A stretch of DNA of 64,000 nucleotides from Monocercomonoides exilis PA203 (taxonomy: Eukaryota > Protista > Preaxostyla): positions 310,001 through 374,000 of the forward strand of contig LSRY02000006.1 in NCBI GenBank assembly GCA_001643675.2, in the 5' to 3' direction. The notes beneath the pieces are model-generated. The model saw nothing but the letters and a program-made list of their open reading frames with translations. It was not told the origin of the DNA and did not search any database. A program made the translations under genes and the position numbers. Positions 1 to 10,827 of the stretch are shown in pieces (positions within the stretch are counted from its first letter, which is position 1; each line of letters begins with the position of its first letter).

Positions 1-3000
1 TTTGCCTTTCTTTTTCAAATTGCCCTTTTCAGCAGTGTCGTCTCCTTCTTCTTCAATTCTTCTGATTCTTTTTTCATCTCTTTCCAACTCGCTGTCTGCC
101 TCTTCATCATCGCTCTTATTCCCACTCTGTAAATTGTCTCTATCAACTTCTTCGTTAAGCAGTCTTTCGTCTCCGCTGAGCAGTTTTCCTTTCCTTCCTT
201 TTTCTTTTTCTTTTTCCTTTTGTCTGCGTTGTGCCTGTCTTCTGATGGTTTCGCTGAGCGGTGTTGCCTGCAATGCGGCAGACACGTCATCTTCATCAGC
301 GTCAATGTCAAACAGCTCAAAGGATGACTGAGATATTGAAGATCCACTGCTAAATGAAGAAGATGAGGAGGATGAATAAGAAGATGGTGAGAGAGAAGAA
401 GAAGAAGAAGATTCATCTGAAGATAGTTCAACATCTGAATCTTGTTCTATCAGAAGAGGGGAAGGCGTTGTTTCACTTCCTCCTTCTTTCCCTTCTCTTT
501 TCTCAGATCTTATTATCATTTCATTTTTGCTCCTTTGTTCTCTCAGTCTCTTCTTTTCGTCAGCTTTCTTCTTCGCTTTCTCCTCTCTTTCTTTTCTCTT
601 CTTCTCTCTTCTTTCCTGTTTTTCCTGTTTGCTCTGTTCTGTTTCCTCTTTCTTTTCTTTCTCTTTACGATGCGTTTTCCTTCTTCTTGTCCTTTCTTCC
701 CCATTTCCTCCATATCGCGCAGTGAGTGGCGACGCAGATGGCACATACGAAGAGAAGCTGAACGGAGATTGCTTCTGAGGCGACGAAAGCACACTCCATT
801 GGGAAGGTGAGTGTGGTGGGGTGTGATACCCTAAGAGTGAAGAGGAAGAAAAAGAGGTGGAAGAAGAATGGCCCAGTGGAGAAGGGTTGGCAGATGCGTT
901 GAGTGGTGAGGACGACAAAAAGCGAATTGTGGCTGTCATCGAAACCGGAGACTGAGAAAAATTGGTTGAAAATCGCTTGTTTTGCGGGGAGTCATATTGT
1001 TGCATGTGAGCTTTTGAATGAATGTGATGTTTGTTGTGCTTTTTGTTATTATTGCGCTTTTGAGAATGCGAAGGAGATGCGGATGAGGATGACTCATTCG
1101 ACCGATGCTTGCCCATTTTGTGTTGGACTGGCGTTGACAGAACAGTTGAAGGTCTGGCTGGCTGTGCAGTGACCGGTTTATTCTCCTGTTTGTTTTGCAC
1201 TTTGTTGGTTTCTTTGTCAGCTTGCTGACCTTTTTTACTTTGTTTTTCCTTTTCCTGCTTCCCTTCTTGTTGTTCTGATCTGCTCTTTCTTTTTTCGCTG
1301 CTTGATTTGTTCTTATCTGCCAGGACAAGATCGATGAAGAGCTGCTTGTCGATCTCTTCATAATCAGATGACAGGTCCCAATCTGAACTGGCAGAGCAAG
1401 ATGAACTGCGCCTCTTATTCGATTTTCCTCTTCGTGAGACGCGAGATGACGATGAAGAATAGCTTCTGGCAGAAGAGTCATCCGAATACGAATTCGATGA
1501 ATATGTTGAATATGAAAGTACATCTTCATCGCTTTCATCTTCGTCATCTGAATAGTTCCCTCCAAAATCACTTGCATCTGACGAATAATCTGTCGCGTCT
1601 GAATAGCCAACAACATACAGCTCTTCTCTCTCGTCAAATTCAAACCCTCCTCCATCTTCTACTCCACACACAGCATTAACATCGTCAAATCCCACACATA
1701 TCAAATTCTGCTCTTTCTTCCTTCTTTGCTTGTTTCTTTCCTTTTCTCTTTCGAAATCTCCAAACATTCCATTCCTTCTTTCCTCATCTCTTTTAAAAGC
1801 CTTTCCTCTCATCCGAGAACCTGCTCCAAATCCGCTTATGCTCCTTAATCCTCTTCTCAGCCTCTTCATCTCGTCCATTTCTCTGACCATCTCTTGCTCC
1901 TGTTTCAAAATAAGTTTTTCTTCTTCTTCGTCTTCGTCTAAAGAAGAATAAAATGAGCATACAGCGCAGGTTTGATTAGCGCAGGTTTGAATATAATACC
2001 CAGATTGTTCATCTGAAGCAGTTTCTGAAGAAGGCGCCTCTGCTGTTGATGCATTTCGGAGGGAAGAAGGCAAAGCAGCTCCATTGACTGGAGTGGAATA
2101 GCCAGGGTTGTTGGTTCTCATCGATCCCATGTTGTTGTTCGTTGATGGTGTGAAAGGAACGATCTCTTTGACATCATTCGTCAGAAGTGAGGATTGAATC
2201 CTGTCGGTTTCCATCTCTCTCTCTTTCTCTCTTTCTCTTTGCTTTGCTTCTTCTCTCTCTTTCAACTGCTGCACCCATCTTCGTTCTCCAGTGCCTGAAT
2301 TGAAATTCTTTGGAGTTGTTGAAACAGATGGTGAATGTTTGTGTGCAGCTAAAAACATTTTCTTTTCTTTTTCTGATGGTTTGGTTGCGCTTTCTTTCTT
2401 CATCAAGGAAAGCTTCTTCCCTTGCTTGTTTTTCTCATCCTCCTTTTTATTCTCCTTTGCGTTCATTTGCCTCTGAAATCTCCTTCTTTGTCTTTCTCTC
2501 CTCCACCACATCCTTTCATTGCTCTTCTTTTCTCTTCTTACAGTTTTTTTCAATCCCACAAGCTGTTTCCCAAGATGAGTGCGTCGCCCAACTGAAAGGG
2601 GAAACGATGGGTTTCTTTCAAATAGCCTCACAAATGGACCGATTGTCTTCACAATAGAAAGAGGAGAGGATAAAGGAATCGGACAAGTCAATAGAGAAGT
2701 GATGGAATGCTTGCGGTGTACAGAAAAAGAATGAGTAAAGCAAGAAGAAGAAGCAGAAGCAGATAAAGCAGAAGGATCTCCGAGCTTGACTGTTTGGAGC
2801 ATCTCATGATTTTTTTGTGAGACAAACCTTTTTGCAATTCGGCGAGGCAAAGGAAGTGGGAGAAAAGAAAAGAGAATACATAAAACAAAGCCAATACTGA
2901 AAAGAGAAGGGAAAATTGATAAGCCGTCAGATTCAACAAACACAGAAGTGCGATAGTGGGAAGAAATAAGAAGAGTGTGGAGAAGAGAAAGAGAGTGAAC

Positions 3001-6000
3001 TAACATCTGGGAGACAACAGATAAAATCAGCATCAGTTGCGAAGCTTCTGTGAATTCTTGTTGTTTTGCCAAAGAAAGTTCATTTCTGCAATTATCATTA
3101 TAAACTTTTGTATTCTCAGATTTCTTTGAGTTCAGCTTCTTGTTTTTAGACTTTTCGTTTGCATTTGAGTTTTCTTTACTGGAAAAGCTGTTTTCGCACA
3201 GAGTTTTGATGATTGAACGCTGGATGATTTTTCTCACTTCTGGAAAAGAAGCGAATGAAATGACGACACAAATGGCTGACTTTATAAGAGAGATCAACGA
3301 AGAAAGAGGAATCAATGGTCTTGTTTGTGGATGCAAGCGAACACAGCAGCAGAGAAAGCGAATGAGAAGAGACAAAGTGAGGAGGGAGTGGAACGATGTT
3401 GTGAGAGGTGATGAAGTGAACAGAAGAAGAGCGGAATGGGATGAAGAAGCATTTTGAGAGGATTGCTCATTGGAAGAATTGAGAGATGATGATAAAACAG
3501 ATGAGCTGTTTGAGGATGTGTTCAGTGAAAAGCCAAAGCAGAGCAGCTGGGCAAAGCAATGGAAGTGTGTCTGAATGGTTGAAACGATTTGTGAAACAAG
3601 AGAAATTGGATCAAATGGATAGAACAGAGGAAAGCTTGCTCGATGGCAGTCATCGAAAGGATCCATTGAGAAGTCGCAAGAAGGCATTTGAGAAGATTCT
3701 GAATAAATTAATGATGTATAAATTGGTTTGATAAAAAAGAATAGATTTGAAAAAATTCCAATGGAGAAAAAAAATGAAGAACAAAAATGATTTTTGGAAT
3801 AAAAAATAAATATTTTGCAGATTTACAAACATAAACAAAACATATCATGAAATAAAACGAAATAAAAAAGAGAAAGAAAGATAAGTTAAAGCATTTATAT
3901 AAAAATGTTTCCAAATAAAACATACCACTTTTAGCGTTTGCAGCACTTATGAACAAGTCTCTTTTTGGAGTCATCCACAACACAGGTTCCCACTCCAGCA
4001 GCAGCAAATCAATTGAGATTCCGTTCAGAAATGTGAACTTTGTTTCAGAAGAAAACGAGAGAGGCAACGAAGACGAGTGCTGAAAAAGCAGAGGAGGAAG
4101 CAGAAGCAGAGCAGAAGGATGAAGAAAAGGTGAGTTCATGTACTGTGCCACAATGTCAGAAGGTGAAGATTCCGTTGGTGCCTTTGAAGCTGGATTCAAT
4201 GCAGACACGAAAGGAGGAGGAGGAAACAGCGTGGAATGACGCTTAAGTTCCCTTGGCTTTGTAGAAGGCTCTTTTATGAGTGACATTTTGGTGTTCTTTT
4301 CTCCGTCGCTTTGCGAATCTGACTCTTCCTTTGCTTCATTGCTGTTATCATCGCTGTCGCTCTCTTCTTTACTGCTTTCATCTTCTTTTTCCCTTTCTCT
4401 TTCCCTTTCCTTTTCTTCTTCCTTCTTTTCCGTTCCTTCGACCTTCGAGCACTTCAGCTCAAAGTCCTTCATCTCCTTCAGCAGCCGCTGCACAACCGCC
4501 TCTCTTTCTTCTCTGCCCCACACCAACACAGGCGAGCAATGGGTCGAGTCATACAGCGCCCAGAACGCCCCGCTGTTGATGGGAAGAAAAGGAGAGGAAA
4601 GAGAAGGAAGTGATGAGGCTGATGAACTGCTCTTTTGCTGTTTGGATTTATTTCCTTTTGAGCGAACTTGCATTGTTGAATAAATATCATCGTCATCATC
4701 ATCAAAATCTCTTGATATGCCGCTTTTCTCATCGGCTGTCCTTCCTTCTCCATTTTCTTCTCGTTCATTATCTCTCTCTCGTTGAACAGCTTCTTTTATT
4801 TCTTGCTTTATCGTCGTTTTGTTCATCAGAGCAGCCAATGGTTGTGAAGTAGAGCCTGTCTGATTCAGACCTCCATCTCTATTATCTCCTTTCTTCGCAT
4901 CGTTCTTTGCTTTTTTGGCTTTTTCGCTTTCTTTCAAATCATCCACTTTCTTCTTCATTCTCATCAGCTCCACAACTGCTGTGTGCATTGCCGAGTTCTC
5001 ACTCACATCAAAATGGTGTATTTTGGACTGCTTCTTTCCTTTCCATCCGAAATACATTCCTTTTTTCTGCATCAGCTTAACTGCGCGGTCAATCGAAGTC
5101 AGAAAAGTTATGTCTGAAATGTCTCTTCCACTTCCATCCAAATCAACATGTGTTAAGAGTGACAAAGGTGGCGGTGGAGGAGAAGATCTAAATTGAATGC
5201 TGCATTCTTCAGAGTTTGTTCTTCTGTCTTCTGAAGAGGAAGATGCCACTGGAGCTGTCACAAGATAAATTCTCTTTCTTGAATCTCCTTCATTCTTCTC
5301 TGTTTTTCTCGTTTTTTCTCTTCCAGCTGCCCTTTTCTGCTTTCTCGTCCATTTCTCTCTTTCTGCCTTTTCTGCCTTTTCCTTCTCTTTCCTCTCATTT
5401 GTGCCCAGTTCTCTTGCTGCAATGCTTATCATCCTCGTGTTGTCGATCAGTGATTCCCGCAGCACCCAAAGCGAATGGACAGACGCTGCCCGCTCTCTCA
5501 GCCGCTCCTCCTTCGAAGTGATGCGCCAGCCTGCCCCGTCTGCTCCGCCATAACAGCAGGAAGGATTGCTCGATGCAGATGAAGATGACTGAGAAGACGA
5601 TGAAGATGTTTTTGAATTTGCAGATGAATAATAGCCGTCGCTTGAAAATGTATTCTTTTTCTCTCTTCTGTCGCTCCAGTCGTCCTGTCCTTCTCCTTCT
5701 TTCCTCCATCTTCTTCCGATGTCTGTTGCATCACTGGCATTCCACCCAGCCAGCGGGTCGAAGCAGAGCGAAGGTGACATCTGATAGTAGAAGAAGAAAG
5801 GAGAAAGGAAAGACCATTGTGTGTGTGCTGGAAGAAGGAAAGGAGAAAGGAGATAAAGTGGTGTATGCCATGTGAGAAGAGGAGGATACGGGAATCGGAC
5901 AGATGGAGCATTTGAATGTGCTTCTGTTGATTCAAAAGCATCTGATGCTGATGCATCTTGAGATGTGGCTGATTTGCTCGCTTCTTGTTCTTCCATTTTG

Positions 6001-7780
6001 CTTCTGATTGAAATGTCGACTGGAAACATAAGCGGAAAAAGCGCAGGAAATGGGTTTTTAGCTGCAGACAGCATCGTTGGAAATGGTGTAAATTCGCTTG
6101 GCTTCTCATTTTCCTTTGCGTCGTCTGTTTTTTTAGCTTCTGCTTTGCTGCTTTCTCCATTGTTCTTTTTCGTTTGTTCAGTGGCTTCATTCAATTTTGA
6201 TTTTTCCTTCATTTTCTCTTCGACACAGCTGTTTATCCACAACAAGGGTGAAGGGCAGAGCGAAACTGAGCCGAAATCTGCCTTTGCTTTGTCTTCATCC
6301 ACACAAATAAGTCCTGTCTGCGCTGGATGAACTGTGGTGGGAGAAAGCGAAGGTGACAGCAAAGACGAAGGGAAAAGGGTATTCAGATAGAAAGGAACTG
6401 CCTCAGACGGAAGAAGAAGGAAAACAAGCTCGCGGTAGCAGTCTCGCAGATGCATAGCAGCAGAGCTGGGTAACTTTTGATACTTGTGAATTGCAGATTT
6501 CTTTTGAATGAGCTTTGATTGAGCGAAAGTCGAAGAAGAAGAAGAAGAAGGCGATGAATTTTCAATCGATGCAGACTGCGAAAGAGGAGAAGGACGGTGC
6601 GAGTAAGGCTGCTTTAGTCCTGCAGAAAAAGAAGACGATGAAGACGCTGGGAGATTTGAAGACGTTGCATTTGCGGATGAGCCAAATGAAGCAACTGGGC
6701 TTGCTGCATGTGATTCTTTCCAGTTATTCCTTTTGTTTTCGTTGAGCGACGAGCTTTCTGTTGTTTTTCCTCCGAGCAGGCCTCCTGCTTCGAGTTCTGA
6801 GGCATCGACGCACCCAGATGCCATCATCCATGTCAAGGCGCCACATCGGTGAGCCATCGTCTGGACTCTCTGGACGGCTCTTGGTGGTGAAAATAGCAAA
6901 AAGGCTCGTAATAATGTCATTGACAGGAGACGGACGGTGTACAAACGAATGTACACAGGTGAAAGCTCGAGTAATGCTTGAGGTGAAAAGGGAAGTGTTA
7001 TCTTTTGGTTTATGATTTTATCTGTTTCTGACGACTCTGAAAGGAGAGTTGATAATGAAAAATAATCTGAATTAGACTTTGTTGGGGGACGGGTGAGACG
7101 AAGCAAAAATAGGGCATGGTATTCTATTAATTTGGCTGTGGATTCCATTGTAGAATAATTTGTTGACCATGAACGATGGCAAAATATGGAAACAAACAAT
7201 CCTAAACAAAGAGCAACAATCATCTCATCGCCTCCTGGAGCTGCAAACTTCATTGCAACCCTCATGATTGTTTTATGACCAAATGCAGAGTATAATTTTG
7301 TTTTATTCGCCATTTCAACTTTAATTAATTGTTGTTGATTCTTCCCACAAATAAATCCTGCCTCAACGATTTGAAATAATGCACACAAAGAACATTTGAC
7401 AACTTTGGGGGATGAATGAAAAAAATGCATCGTCCACTGAAGGTCTTTATTTTTTGAATTTGTCAGTTGCTTCAAAATACGGATTTAACGCAAAAAGAAG
7501 AAGAAAATTTTCAAATGCAAACCTCAAAAATAGTTCTTGATGTTAAAACTTTTTGTACAAGTGTGAACAACTGAACCAATTCATCGCTATCGTTTGATAT
7601 TGATAGATAAAAATATATGTCGCGAATAATTGAATCTTTTTTTAATTGAAGATTTGGATGTTGCGGAATAAGTTCATTTAAATCTGAGACAATTTGCTGC
7701 CATTCTGTTGTGATTTTCTTTTTACGATTTTGATGAAGAGTTTCTGTTAACTGAGCTATTTTTGTTTGTCCTTGTCCCAT
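1..7780 (-). CDS. RME-8/DNAJC13-like endosomal protein, 3'-partial. Exons 7780-7523, 7469-3926, 3698-<1
   Basis: GT-AG introns at 7522-7470 and 3925-3699 keep the frame. The last exon was open at every point checked to position 1, which explains its absence from the ORF track. Collinear blocks resemble RME-8 as recalled: QQQLIK..GGDEMIVALCLGLFVSIFC; AVQRVQTMAHRCGAL; LLLPSEAVPFYL; NSGAFWALYDSTHCSPVLVWGREEREAVVQRLLKEMKDF (IWN-type repeat); SFPLFYPFDPIS; SLLHTLL..FVESDGLSIFPSLF. Confidence 0.7.
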
Positions 7781-7973
7781 CTTTTTAATAAAGGGAAAGA
7801 AAAAGTCTTGGAGCAAAAATATTTCACTATTTCGTCTATTAATTATGCTGAATTTTTGAAAAATATTTCAAATTCTTTTGGATTATTTTCAGATATTCTC
7901 AATAATCTTTGAATAATCTGAAAAAATATTTAAAAAATTTAGAATTATTCTCAATTCTTTTTGAAATAAAAAT

Positions 7974-7974
<1 letters not shown>

Positions 7975-8007
<33 letters not shown>
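7975..8007. repeat. Poly(T)33 homopolymer (poly-A on the minus strand)
   Basis: Read directly from the sequence. Confidence 0.95.
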
Positions 8008-8008
<1 letters not shown>

Positions 8009-8361
8009 GAATTCCGAGTTCAATGATCGCAGCATTCGTTTCAATCGTCAAAAAGCTATATAATATATAAGTCGATCAAATATTTTTTTCAAAGTTCTTT
8101 TTGTTAAGTTTTCTGAGGAGGGTCAACTTTTCTATGGGACTTTTTTTCTTATCGTCACTTTTTATGTATAAAGCTTCCTATCAACAAAAAATCCCCTATG
8201 AATTTCAACACATACACCACACTTTTTTGCTTGTTTCAGCTGATACTTTTGCAGTTTGTTTTTAGATTTTTATTCTTTAGTCATCGAGATATTTCGTTTT
8301 TTTGCCAAATTAAATAGGACTTTTTCTAGTCAACCAGGCAACGTCCATGAAAATGGGGACA

Positions 8362-8881
8362 TGTTTTGAATAGCTTTTTCGAAGATCAATCTTTTTTTAT
8401 ATTTTTTTTAAACAAATAATTTTTTCGTGATATTTTTACATTTCATTTTTATAATAACATGCAAGAACAAAACCGATTCTTTCTTTGTTAATATAATGAA
8501 ATGATAAAATTAAAAAATTTGATATGAAAACAAATACATTATTAATGATGTGTTGAAAATATGAAACATTGTTTTTTTCTATTTATCTTGAACAGCCAAA
8601 TGGTACCAACTGCTTTTGATCTTCGATCAAACTTTCGTTGTTTTGATGATTCCTTGACAATTCGAAAATTTTAATATTCATCTTTTGATATACATTTTTA
8701 TAAAAGTATTTGTTTTGCATATCATTTTTTTTTATCATTTCATTATATAAACGAAGAAATAATCGGTTTTGTTCTTGCATGTTGTCAAAAAAATGAAATG
8801 TGAAAAAAAAACAAGAAAAAAGTGTTTGTGAAAAAAAGAATTAAAAAATAGTTATATTATAGTTTATCCAATTCAAAACAA
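8362..8881. mobile_element. Diverged inverted-repeat (fold-back/MITE-like) element; arms ~8362-8566 and ~8675-8881
   Basis: The core acatgcaagaacaaaaccgatt...tataatgaaatgataaaa...gatatg.aaaacaaatac is present forward at ~8457-8537 and as the reverse complement at ~8705-8782. Ends are approximate. Confidence 0.7.
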
Positions 8882-8918
8882 GTTATGAATTTCTTTTGAG
8901 CTACTTGGTTCGCTGATA

Positions 8919-9799
8919 CACCATTTATTATTCGATTTTGGTAAACTAATTATTCAAAATTGTTAAACTTTTTTTTCGAAATTAATAAACTTATTATTCG
9001 AAATTGGTAAACTTCTTATTCAAAATTAATAAAATTCAGCATTTTTTATTAAAAATTTTTTTGATATAATATGATCACTGGCTGACTGTCAGAAAGTGAT
9101 TAAAATGTTTTGTTTTTTCATTGTTTTTAAAAAGGATGAAAAATTGAACCCCGATTTTTATTATTTGTGAATAAACATGAAATTTTTTGATATTTCAGAA
9201 AAAATTCATCATCATGGAAATCGGATAATTTTCAAATGAATTCACCTCACATCGATAAATAATGAGAAATTCAATCAAGAAAAGTTATTCGCATCAGTTT
9301 TTCAAACAAAAATACAAATATTTTTTGGAAACAGAATAAATCTGTAAATACACTTTAGAAAATCTTTAATTGTTTTTTATTGTTCATCTGAATAAAATTA
9401 AATTTCAATAACTTTTCTTGATTGAATTTCTCATTATTTATCGATGTGAGGTGAATTCATTTGAAAATTATCCGATTTCCATGATGATGAATTTTTTCTG
9501 AAATATCAAAAAATTTCATGTTTATTCACAAATAATAAAAATCGGGGTTCAATTTTTCATCCTTTTTAAAAACAATGAAAAAACAAAACATTTTAATCAC
9601 TTTCTGACAGTCAGCCAGTGATCATATGATATCAAAAAAATTTTTAATAAAAAATGCTGAATTTTATTAATTTTGAATAAGAAGTTTACCAATTTCGAAT
9701 AATAAGTTTATTAATTTCGAAAAAAAAGTTTAACAATTTTGAATAATAAGTTTAACAACTTTTAATAATTAGTTTACCAAATTTGAATAATAAATGGTG
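8919..9799. mobile_element. Young fold-back/MITE element: near-identical TIRs (8919-9289, 9407-9799), 117-bp spacer, TA flanks
   Basis: TA|CACCATTT...AAATGGTG|TA. Arms are almost base-for-base reverse complements. There are 5 (left) and 6 (right) copies of a 22-bp unit (~ttattattcgaaattggtaaac) at the termini. No ORF. Confidence 0.88.
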
Positions 9800-10827
9800 T
9801 AAAAGTCTTATTAAAATGAGCAAAAAATCTTAATTTCTCAATGTGTAAAAATCAAAAACAAATAAGAAAAAAGTAAATAAATAGAATAAAACTGGTTAAA
9901 AAGGATTTTTAATGTGCTGAAAGCCTATCAACGTTTGTTGAAAGTTGGCAGTCAAAAACAAAAAAGTAACGATAAGAAAAAAAGTTCCATTTAAAAGTTG
10001 ACACTTAAAGGAAATTGAATGTTTTCATTAAATTATCATTCAAACTTTCGAAAATTCACAGACATGGAAATTTGAACATTATCCAGGTAATTTTTCTATT
10101 CTGTTGAAATTTTTTGAGTCGGAATGAAATTTTGATAAATATCCACAATTTTTATTTTCTCAAGAAAATATAACAAAAAGAACATAAAAAATATTTGTAA
10201 CTTCAGATAAAATTTCAATTGACTTGTTAAAAACAATTTAAAACAACAAATAACAGTTTGACTTAAAAGAAAAAAAATATGATATTTTTAACAAAAATCA
10301 TAGGGTGATTATTTAAAAATCAAACATTTTTTCTGTGGATGTATTTTTTTCTGGTAAAAAGAAAATTGCAAAATCCTTTACAAAGATACGTTATATGCTT
10401 TCAAATCATTGTCATTCAAACACATGTTGTTGCAGATAAACAGAGAAGTGTATTTGTGTTATTTTCAAAAACATTTGATTGACCTCATAGTGTTTGCGAC
10501 AAATATTTTCGAAAATTTTGATGGAAAAAAGATTATATCAAAAAGAATCATCAACAGATAAGAATTTCAAAGTGATCATATATTCCCCATTAAAGATGTT
10601 ATAAAAAGCATGAATATTCACAGAAGAAGAAATAGATTGTCTGGAAATAATAACGTTTGATTAAATTCAAGGAAAAAAAAAATAATTGGCCTCATTATTT
10701 GATCTTCGAATATTATAATCCAAGATAGTGAAAAAAGAACTTCAGTGAACGAGAGATATCTTCATTGTCAATAAATATTATTTGTAGTGATTTTCACCCA
10801 TATTATTTTATTTTATTCTCATGAATA

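Larger units (their letters stand above)
8119..10006. mobile_element. Old outer inverted-repeat element (MITE-like) with ~70-bp diverged TIRs, enclosing two further elements
   Basis: Left end ggtcaacttttctatgggactttttttcttatcgtcacttttt (from 8121). Reverse complement of ~9955-10004 is gtgtcaacttttaaatggaacttttttcttatcgttactttttt. Confidence 0.6.

Noticed and set aside
1963-1992. 15-bp tandem duplication (agcgcaggtttga)
   Set aside because: An ordinary in-frame slippage duplication within coding sequence.
2-3731. Many short + and - strand ORFs rich in F/L/S or K/R/M
   Set aside because: They are shadow frames of the low-complexity third exon of the RME-8-like gene, whose true frame runs off the window.
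8583-8780. 65-aa ORF within the repeat cluster as a transposase fragment
   Set aside because: It lies largely within an inverted-repeat arm and has no DDE or HTH features.
8919-9040. 22-bp repeats as a possible CRISPR array or iterons
   Set aside because: The repeats are directly adjacent with no unique spacers, lie inside TIRs, and the context is eukaryotic with no cas genes.
10300-10800. Possible upstream exons (MIT domain) of the Vps4-like gene
   Set aside because: No consistent in-frame splice path or MIT-like sequence found by eye. Left open pending RNA-seq.
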